Shown here piece after piece: positions 56,701-64,000 of a DNA stretch of 64,000 nt. The notes under the pieces are model-generated. The model ran no database searches. It saw only the letters and a program-made list of their open reading frames with translations, and was not told the origin of the DNA. The stretch spans positions 1,294-65,293 of the forward strand of contig JAFZEY010000099.1 in assembly GCA_017560455.1 (NCBI GenBank). Direction: 5' to 3'. Position 1 is the first letter of the stretch. Each line of letters begins with the position of its first letter. The translations under genes and the position numbers were made by a program. The DNA is from Alistipes sp. Its GTDB lineage: Bacteria; Bacteroidota; Bacteroidia; Bacteroidales; Rikenellaceae.

Positions 56701-58524
56701 CTATTGGCTTTTTTCTTTCTGTAGGTGTTCGATAACTTTCAGGGCTTTCGATTGACCGACGATTTTAGCGATATCGTCGAGCGACGCCTTGCCGATATTC
56801 GACAAGGTGCGGAAGTGGCGTAGAAGTGCGGTAACACTCTTTTCGCCAACACCCTCGATGCCCTCCAGGCCCGTCTTTATAAAGTTCTTACTACGACGAT
56901 TGCGGTGGTGGGTAATTCCGAAGCGGTGCGCCTCATCGCGCAGATGACAGATAACCTTCAATGGCTCGCCCGTACGGCTCAGATAGTATGGCATAGGGTC
57001 GTTCGGATAGAATACCTCCTCCAAACGCTTTGCCAAGCCCACAATAGGCACCCTATCGGCAATACCCAGCTCCTGCAAGACCGAATAGGCACTTGAAAGC
57101 TGACCTTTACCACCATCGACAACTATCAAGTCGGGGAGTTCAGCCCCCTCCTCCAATAGTCGTGAGTAGCGACGAGTGAGAATCTCACGCATCGAGGCGA
57201 AGTCGTCGGCTCCGACAACGGTTTTTATGTTGAAATGGCGATACTCCTTGCGCGAAGGCTTACCGTCACGAAATACCACACACGAAGCTACAGGGTTGGT
57301 ACCCTGCAAGTTCGAGTTATCGAAACACTCTATATGGCGAGGCTCTTTCGTTAAGCGCAACTCTCGGCGCATAGCCTCCATAAGGCGGTCGGTATGGCGT
57401 GCAGGGTTGTGAATCTCGAGATTTTTCAGTCGCTCTGCCCTTGTGGTCTTTGCCGAACGCAACGAGAACTCCAACAAATCGTGCTTCTCTCCCCTCTGCG
57501 GAACGGAGAACTTAACCCCCTCGAACAACTCCTCATATGGGAGGTGCGACACCAACACTTCGCGAGCCAACTCGCCCGCAATATTCTCCTTAATATGCTG
57601 AATACCAAGAGTCATCATCTCGCGCTCGTCGCTCTCGACACCCACGGCAATCGTAGCTGTATGCACCGCCGTAATCGAGCCGTTGCGAACGCGCAAAAAG
57701 TTGCAGTAGGCCTCATCGTCATCGACCAGCAACGCAAAGACATCCACATCGCCCATCTTGGCACTTACAATCACCGAACGCGAAGCGTATCGCTCCAACG
57801 CATCAAGGCGTGCCTTATAGCGCGCTGCAACCTCGAAACGCAACTCCTCGGCAGCGCGCATCATCTCCCCTTCGAGGTATGAGCGAACGGGGCGTAAATC
57901 GCCCTTCAAGACCGAGGTTGCGATATCGATAAAGCCTTTATACTCCTCGCGACTGCAGCGACCGATACAAGGGGCTTTACAGTTGCCGAGGTGGTATTGC
58001 AGGCAGGCCGAATGTTTCGATTTTGCAACACTCTCCTCGCTCATCTTCTGACGGCATATGCGCAGTGGCAAGGCCTCGCGAATAAAGTCGAGAACTGCCC
58101 TCTGGGCCGATATAGAACCGTATGGACCATAATATTGCGAGCCGTCGCGGACAATCTGTCGCGTGGAGAGAATACGCGGGAACTCCTCGGCCGTAATAGC
58201 TATCCACGGGTACGATTTATCATCTTTGAGCAGAATATTGTAGCGGGGTTGTAAGGTCTTGATAAGAGAATTTTCGAGTAGCAGCGCATCGGTCTCGCTA
58301 TCAACCACGATATGGCGCATCGAGGCTATCTGTCGTACCATAACACGCACCTTGGCCGAATGGTCGCGACTCTCCACGAAATAGGAGCGCACACGATTGC
58401 GCAAATGCTTCGCCTTGCCAACATAGATAACCTCCCCTTTGCTATTCTCGAAGAGATAGCAACCGGCCGACATAGGAAGCAATGCGACCTGCTCTTTCAG
58501 TGATATTTTATCGTTTTCCAGCAT
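56701..58524 (-). CDS. uvrC: Excinuclease ABC subunit C
   Basis: GIY-YIG (IYVGKAKHLRNRVRSYF), UVR domain, IECFDNS, DGGKGQ, RDEAHRF and HhH. ATG start at 58524. Confidence 0.95.
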   Translation of the reverse strand: MLENDKISLKEQVALLPMSAGCYLFENSKGEVIYVGKAKHLRNRVRSYFVESRDHSAKVRVMVRQIASMRHIVVDSETDALLLENSLIKTLQPRYNILLKDDKSYPWIAITAEEFPRILSTRQIVRDGSQYYGPYGSISAQRAVLDFIREALPLRICRQKMSEESVAKSKHSACLQYHLGNCKAPCIGRCSREEYKGFIDIATSVLKGDLRPVRSYLEGEMMRAAEELRFEVAARYKARLDALERYASRSVIVSAKMGDVDVFALLVDDDEAYCNFLRVRNGSITAVHTATIAVGVESDEREMMTLGIQHIKENIAGELAREVLVSHLPYEELFEGVKFSVPQRGEKHDLLEFSLRSAKTTRAERLKNLEIHNPARHTDRLMEAMRRELRLTKEPRHIECFDNSNLQGTNPVASCVVFRDGKPSRKEYRHFNIKTVVGADDFASMREILTRRYSRLLEEGAELPDLIVVDGGKGQLSSAYSVLQELGIADRVPIVGLAKRLEEVFYPNDPMPYYLSRTGEPLKVICHLRDEAHRFGITHHRNRRSKNFIKTGLEGIEGVGEKSVTALLRHFRTLSNIGKASLDDIAKIVGQSKALKVIEHLQKEKSQ

Positions 58525-58533
58525 ACTACACCC

Positions 58534-58591
58534 CAAAGATACAAATTTTCGAGAAAATCGGAGTTAATTTAAAAAATTAAACTTAACTTTG
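58534..58591. promoter_or_regulatory. Divergent promoter pair (uvrC / lipoprotein operon) with two short palindromes
   Basis: TATCTTTG (-) at 58534-58541 and TAACTTTG (+) at 58584-58591. Palindromes ATTTTC-GA-GAAAAT at 58545-58558 and TTAATTT-AAA-AAATTAA at 58564-58580. Confidence 0.6.
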
Positions 58592-58635
58592 CGAATATAT
58601 AACCCGTGCAAATCAAATTTTTTATCAAGATAACT

Positions 58636-61600
58636 ATGAAAAGAGCAATTACATCTCTGTGCATTTGCGCTGTGTTGTCGTTTGCAAGCTGCATCGACAC
58701 CGGTTTCGAGCTTACCGATGTTTCGGGTGAGGTGACAGTAGGTGGAGAGGAGTTGGTTGTACCACTCGCCGATATCTCTCCAATTCGCCTCGGCGACATT
58801 ATCGAGGACAGCGAATTCCTCAATAGCAAGGGCGAGGACGGAACCTACCAGATCTCCTTCTCTTCATTTGGTGACAACCCCGAGAAGTATGAGAGCATCG
58901 TGGTAGACGGAATCTCGATCCCTGCCATCACAGGACTCTCGCCAAAATTGGATCCGATAGGTTTCTCGTTCCAGACACTGCCTACATCGCTCTTTATGGC
59001 GGGTATTTCACAGACTTTCGAGGTAAACTACCCTACCATCAATCAGATCGTAAAGATTGATCCCATCAAGATAACTCAGGAGCTCGATCTCCAACTCCCG
59101 ATTTCGGGCCAGGGAGCGCTCTCCGAGCAGGTGCTGAGCGTATTGAAGATGCAGGGCAAGGATGTTATCAATAGCAAATACGCTTCGGAAACCGTATTCA
59201 ATGCTAAAATCGAGATTTTGGAGCAGTTGAATAAAATCAACTGGGTCGAGTTCGGAAGTGCAGAGCACCCTTATGGCGCACCTTTCGAGATTAAAATCGA
59301 TCTCCAAGGCTTGCAGGATATCGTAGGTGGCGGTTCGATGAAGGTGAATATCGAGTTCCCTAATGGCTACTACCTCCGCGATGAGCAGGGCAAGGACTAT
59401 CCTGCTGCAACTCACAACATCTTCTCTCGCGAGGTTGTTTTGCAGCCAAAGCAGAAGAAGGTGGAGTTCCTCATCTTCCTCCATCGCATAGATTATAGCG
59501 ACATGACCTTCAACGCGGGCTTGTTGGAGATTGACGACCACATCAAGTACAGCTACGACCTCAGCCTCAACCTCGGCGCAGGAAGCTACAACCTCGCATC
59601 GTTACCAAAATTCTCGATTGAGGCAAACCCCGTATACAAGGATGTGGAGGTTATCATCAACCAATTCGCAATGGATAAGGTCTCTTACGATATCAACTAC
59701 GCATTTGACGGTATGCCGAACGGTGTGGAGGTCGAAAAGGTTGCATTCAAGGATACCTACCTCACACTCTCGTTGAAGGGCTTGGAGTGGTTCAAGATAC
59801 AGGACTGCAGTACCGACGAGGATCTCACCGTGATGTTGAAGGTTACTCTTCCGGAGTGTATGAACTTCGAACAGAGCAGCCTATTCCAGGGCAATGTCTT
59901 ATCTGCCTCGGCAGCCGACTTGGCAAAGGGTGTGCGCCTTAAGCTCAACCATATCGACTGCAAGGCCAATGGCGTAAAACAGGAGAATGGCCGATTGATG
60001 ATAGACTCTAAAATCTCTGCAGAGGTCGATTTGCACAGCATGGACGGACACTCCGTACTCGTATCGTCACTCACACCTCCGAGCACACCTGTTACGGTAT
60101 CGGTAGCCATAGCTGATGCTCAACTCAAGATAGACACCGAGAATACGGTTGTTGTGTGGAGCACAGACCAGGTCTTCGACCTCGACCTCGGAAACAACAT
60201 CCCTTCTATCTCGCAGTCTATCGAGGTGCCTGAGATGATCTCTTCGATTAAGCGCATCGATATCGGCAAGGCAAACAGCAATGGCGAGCCGGTAAAGATT
60301 GCCTTCAAGCTCGCAAGCGGCAATTCGTTCCCTGTTGATGAGTTGGATGTCAATGTGGCTATCAACCTCGGTAAGCTACTCCGTCCTACACAGAGTAGCA
60401 TCGACAGCGGCATTATCCAGCAGAGCAGCAACGGCGATTACATCCTCGCCATCAACGAGACTTGGAAGCCGGCCAAGGCTGCACTCTCGAAGGAGGTTGC
60501 ATTCGAGGCTTTGGAGAATATTCCGGAGATTAAGGATGGAAAAATTACGCTCAACCAGAGTTTCCCTGTTACGGGCAGCGTAAAGATTAAGAGTGGTGAG
60601 AATATCGACCTCTCGAGCATCGGAGATGCGCACATAGACATCGATGTCAAGATTGACGATATCGAGATACGCACATTCACGGGCGGCATCAACCTCTCGG
60701 TTGCACCGGAGGAGATGGTTGTCGAGTTGGGCGACTTCTCGGAGTTGGGCGTAGATATCAACAGACTCAGCATACACCCTGTACTCGACATAAAGTTGAA
60801 GGATAACCCTACAAACATTCCATTGAGTGGCAATATCGCAATCAAGACTTTCGATGGCGAGGGCAAGCAGACAGGCAACATCGCAATCCCTACAATCAAT
60901 ATCGCAGGTAGCGGAGCGACACATATCGTACTCTCGACACCGCGCAATGCAGCCAAGTACGAGGGTATTGAAGGTGTGACATTCATCGCAGTTGAGGGAC
61001 TCTCCGACATCATTTCAAACGGCATACCTTCAAAGATTGCCGTAAAGTTGGAGGTTAAGACCGACAAGAACGACATCCGCACCATCGACCTTGCAAAGGC
61101 AAAGAACGGCTACAACATCGAGTATCAGTACTCTATCGTTATGCCTTTGGAGTTTGACGGCGACACCGACATCTCGTACGGAAGCACAATCCTCGGCTTG
61201 AACGAGACCTTCGCAGAGCTTGCCGATACCACCAACGGCTTGAAGGTTGGCGATGTGGGTCTGATTGCCGAGTTCGGAACAACCATTCCGTTCAACATCG
61301 TGCTCTCGGCCGAGTTGGTGAACAAGGATGGCACAACCGACAATGTAGATGCTCGCCTCGACATCAACAATTGCTTGATTAAGGGTTATGACAGCTCGAA
61401 AGATAGTGGTGAGAAGAGCATTTCGAGAATTGACATGGACTTCAATCTCGGAGAGAGCCACTCGCTCGAAGGCTTGCGAAATGCCGATGGTATTCGCTTT
61501 AAGTTCACTCTCTACAACACAGGCGACAGCGCAGCGCTCAAGAGTTCGCAGTATATCGACGGAAAATTGAAGCTGCGACTGCGTAACGGTCTTACCATAG

Positions 61601-61638
61601 ATGTTTTTGACTTTTTGAATAACTCAACAAACGAGTAA
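58636..61638 (+). CDS. Large beta-rich lipoprotein (1000 aa, DUF4621-like N terminus)
   Basis: Signal II MKRAITSLCICAVLSFAS-C, acidic residues after the Cys (CIDTGFELTD), and alternating beta-strand patterns throughout. The family label is from memory. Confidence 0.75.
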   Translation: MKRAITSLCICAVLSFASCIDTGFELTDVSGEVTVGGEELVVPLADISPIRLGDIIEDSEFLNSKGEDGTYQISFSSFGDNPEKYESIVVDGISIPAITGLSPKLDPIGFSFQTLPTSLFMAGISQTFEVNYPTINQIVKIDPIKITQELDLQLPISGQGALSEQVLSVLKMQGKDVINSKYASETVFNAKIEILEQLNKINWVEFGSAEHPYGAPFEIKIDLQGLQDIVGGGSMKVNIEFPNGYYLRDEQGKDYPAATHNIFSREVVLQPKQKKVEFLIFLHRIDYSDMTFNAGLLEIDDHIKYSYDLSLNLGAGSYNLASLPKFSIEANPVYKDVEVIINQFAMDKVSYDINYAFDGMPNGVEVEKVAFKDTYLTLSLKGLEWFKIQDCSTDEDLTVMLKVTLPECMNFEQSSLFQGNVLSASAADLAKGVRLKLNHIDCKANGVKQENGRLMIDSKISAEVDLHSMDGHSVLVSSLTPPSTPVTVSVAIADAQLKIDTENTVVVWSTDQVFDLDLGNNIPSISQSIEVPEMISSIKRIDIGKANSNGEPVKIAFKLASGNSFPVDELDVNVAINLGKLLRPTQSSIDSGIIQQSSNGDYILAINETWKPAKAALSKEVAFEALENIPEIKDGKITLNQSFPVTGSVKIKSGENIDLSSIGDAHIDIDVKIDDIEIRTFTGGINLSVAPEEMVVELGDFSELGVDINRLSIHPVLDIKLKDNPTNIPLSGNIAIKTFDGEGKQTGNIAIPTINIAGSGATHIVLSTPRNAAKYEGIEGVTFIAVEGLSDIISNGIPSKIAVKLEVKTDKNDIRTIDLAKAKNGYNIEYQYSIVMPLEFDGDTDISYGSTILGLNETFAELADTTNGLKVGDVGLIAEFGTTIPFNIVLSAELVNKDGTTDNVDARLDINNCLIKGYDSSKDSGEKSISRIDMDFNLGESHSLEGLRNADGIRFKFTLYNTGDSAALKSSQYIDGKLKLRLRNGLTIDVFDFLNNSTNE

Positions 61639-61646
61639 TTTTGGTT

Positions 61647-63059
61647 ATGAAGTGTAATAAATTTATCATCGTCATTATAGCCATCTTCGGAGGTCTTTTC
61701 ACCACCTCTGCGCAGATGCGTACAGCATATTTTATGGAGGGCTCGTACTTCCGTACCGATATGAACGCAGCCCTCGCTCCGACTCGCGGATACATCAAAA
61801 TCCCTATGATTGGAGGTCTGGGCGTTGATTTCGGAAACAACTACTTCTCGGTGAACAACTTATTGTATAAGAAGGATGGCGGCATCTATACCTTTATGCA
61901 CAGCGGTGTATCGGCCGACGAGTTCCTCGGTAAGTTGGGCAATGCAGGTAAGTTGAGCGCAAACATCAACACCTCGATCATCGGCTTTGGTTCCCACACC
62001 AAGAAGATGTTCTGGAGTTTCGGATTAAACTTTCGCTCGCAGACCGAGATAACACTCTCGAAGGATATGTTTGCGGCATTGAAGAACCTCTCGAACGGAT
62101 ACTACGACCTCGGTAATACCCATGTTTCAAACCGCGAGTATTTTGAGGCATCGTTGGGCTTTGCCATCCCTATCAAGAAGTTTATGACCTTCGGTTTCCG
62201 CGCAAAGGGTTTGGTTGGCTTGGTAGATTTGTCTATGAAGATGGACAAGATGTACCTCGACATCAACGAGAATATCGTAAAGGCTGAGTTGATGGGTGGC
62301 ATTCGCGGTAACTGCTTAGCACTCAATGGCAATTATACCCCGGGTGGAGAATTCACATTGGATAATATATTCCAAACAGATATCAACAAGATGATGAACG
62401 GCATGAAGAGCTGGGGTGCGGCACTCGACCTCGGTTTCGAGTTCCGTTTCTTTAACGACCACCTCAAAGTTTCGGTCGCAGCAAACGATATCGGCTTTAT
62501 CAAGTGGTACGGAGGTTCGACCGTAAATGCTAACGGCTCGGCAAACTTCTCGTATGCAGGATTCGACCTCACCACAGGCGAGGCGAAGATTGACGGCGGA
62601 TTCAACGCCGAAATGGCCCCTTCGGATGGTGCTTATACCACTCGCCTCAGCGCATCGCTCAACGGAGCAGTCGAGTACAACATCCTGAAGAATTGGATTG
62701 CTTTCGGATTGCTCTCGCACACCGAGTTCTGCCAGAACTTCACCCGCACAGAGCTCACTGCATCGGTCAATTTCCGCATTATGCGCTGGCTCTCGACCTC
62801 GTTCAGCCACACCTTCCTCAATGGAAATCAGCCGGGTGTACTCGGTTGGGCATTGAATATCCACCCTACCGGCCTCAACATCTTCCTCGGTGCAGACTTT
62901 ATCGACACTCGCTTTGCGGTATACAACCAGAGAATTCCTATCCCGCAGTATATGACCTCGGCGAATATCTATGTGGGCGTAGGCTTCAACCTCGGCAAGG
63001 CTAAGTATATGAGCTCGATGCAGAAGAAGGAGAAGGTGAAGAAGAGCAAGAAGGATTAA
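61647..63059 (+). CDS. DUF5723-like outer-membrane beta-barrel protein
   Basis: Signal peptide (TSAQ), TAYFMEG...MNAALAP, GAALDLG, DIGFIKW and terminal strand NIYVGVGFNLG plus a basic tail. Confidence 0.8.
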   Translation: MKCNKFIIVIIAIFGGLFTTSAQMRTAYFMEGSYFRTDMNAALAPTRGYIKIPMIGGLGVDFGNNYFSVNNLLYKKDGGIYTFMHSGVSADEFLGKLGNAGKLSANINTSIIGFGSHTKKMFWSFGLNFRSQTEITLSKDMFAALKNLSNGYYDLGNTHVSNREYFEASLGFAIPIKKFMTFGFRAKGLVGLVDLSMKMDKMYLDINENIVKAELMGGIRGNCLALNGNYTPGGEFTLDNIFQTDINKMMNGMKSWGAALDLGFEFRFFNDHLKVSVAANDIGFIKWYGGSTVNANGSANFSYAGFDLTTGEAKIDGGFNAEMAPSDGAYTTRLSASLNGAVEYNILKNWIAFGLLSHTEFCQNFTRTELTASVNFRIMRWLSTSFSHTFLNGNQPGVLGWALNIHPTGLNIFLGADFIDTRFAVYNQRIPIPQYMTSANIYVGVGFNLGKAKYMSSMQKKEKVKKSKKD

Positions 63060-63088
63060 TTTTGCATTCTATATTTTGAATTTTAGAA

Positions 63089-63994
63089 ATGGATCAGCCT
63101 AAGATTGAGCGAGTACTTCGTCTGATGAAGATGATGACGAGTGGCAACCGCTATACCGTTGAGGAGTTAGCGGAGCGACTCGACACCTCGTACCGCTCAA
63201 TCTATCGCTATATCGACACCTTCAAGGAGGTGGGTTTTGTGGTCCATAAGGAGGAGGGCGGAGTCTATCGCCTGGGCAAGGAGAGCCCCTACTTTAAGGA
63301 CATCTCGCAACTCATCCATTTCACCGACGAGGAGGCACATATTGTAAATCAGCTTATCGGGGCGTTGGACGATACGAATACCCTGAAGCAGAACTTGCGC
63401 CGTAAGCTCTCCTCGGTCTACAACTGCACCTCGCTGGCAAACAGCATCGTTAAGGGCAAGAATGCCGAGAATGTAAATCACATCATAGAAGCGATAGAGG
63501 AGCGTCGTCAGGTTGTACTGCACGACTACTCCTCTTCACATACAGGCTCCAAGCGCGACCGCATTGTCGAGCCCATATCATTCACCACAAATTATGTGCA
63601 GATATGGTGTTACGACACTTCGGATAATAAAACCAAAATCTTCAATACCGCCCGTATCGGCTCGGTGGAGATACTCAACAACGAGTGGCAACACGAGACA
63701 GAGCATAGGTGCGGGCATATCGACATCTTCCGAAATACGGGTTTTGAGCAGATGCGCGTGCAGCTGTTGCTGGGCGTTATGTCGCACAACCTTCTTATCG
63801 AGGAGTATCCGCTTGCTGAACGCGACCTTACACAGAGGGATGACACCCATTGGCTGCTCGATACAATGGTCTGCAACTACGCCGGAGTTGCCCGTTTCGT
63901 AATCGGACTTGCCGACGACATTGAGGTCATCGACTCGCCCGACTTCGTAGTCTATCTGCGTGACAAGCTATCTCACGCCACATCCAAATTTTAG
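63089..63994 (+). CDS. WYL-domain transcriptional regulator (wHTH-WYL-WCX)
   Basis: HTH YTVEELAERLDTSYRSIYRYIDTF. WYL domain IIEAIEERRQV...YSS...RIVEP...IWCYD...FNTARI. C-terminal EVIDSPDF. Confidence 0.9.
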   Translation: MDQPKIERVLRLMKMMTSGNRYTVEELAERLDTSYRSIYRYIDTFKEVGFVVHKEEGGVYRLGKESPYFKDISQLIHFTDEEAHIVNQLIGALDDTNTLKQNLRRKLSSVYNCTSLANSIVKGKNAENVNHIIEAIEERRQVVLHDYSSSHTGSKRDRIVEPISFTTNYVQIWCYDTSDNKTKIFNTARIGSVEILNNEWQHETEHRCGHIDIFRNTGFEQMRVQLLLGVMSHNLLIEEYPLAERDLTQRDDTHWLLDTMVCNYAGVARFVIGLADDIEVIDSPDFVVYLRDKLSHATSKF

Positions 63995-64000
63995 TTACTG

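Overview
This 64-kb window looks like core chromosome from a Bacteroidales organism, most consistent with Alistipes/Rikenellaceae. The evidence is TAnnTTTG -7 promoters before many genes and a typical Bacteroidales gene inventory. In order it holds: the 3' end of a probable surface protein plus an unannotated 41-aa peptide gene; a glycogen cluster (GH57, GT4, debranching enzyme, and a GT3 synthase/GT35 phosphorylase fusion); hemW, tRNA-Leu(CAG), surE, a NarL-type two-component pair, gdhA, murB-tilS-holA, two FKBP lipoproteins, pdxB, an atypical pyrD, cinA, an RND pump operon, ssb/PNP/lpxK, an M23 peptidase, ispD, mlaEF, nrdJ, a TonB receptor, uvrD-nth-nrnA-msbA-like, queG, an acyl-CoA ligase, ridA and uvrC; and a large lipoprotein / beta-barrel / WYL-regulator unit. 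I found no integrase, transposase, CRISPR array or rRNA. The strongest unexplained signal is a family of three roughly 125-160 bp palindromic elements (801-959, 5681-5806, 38949-39071). They share one architecture and show compensatory changes. Each sits at the stop codon of a minus-strand gene in the same orientation. All product calls come from motif recognition; no database search was run.
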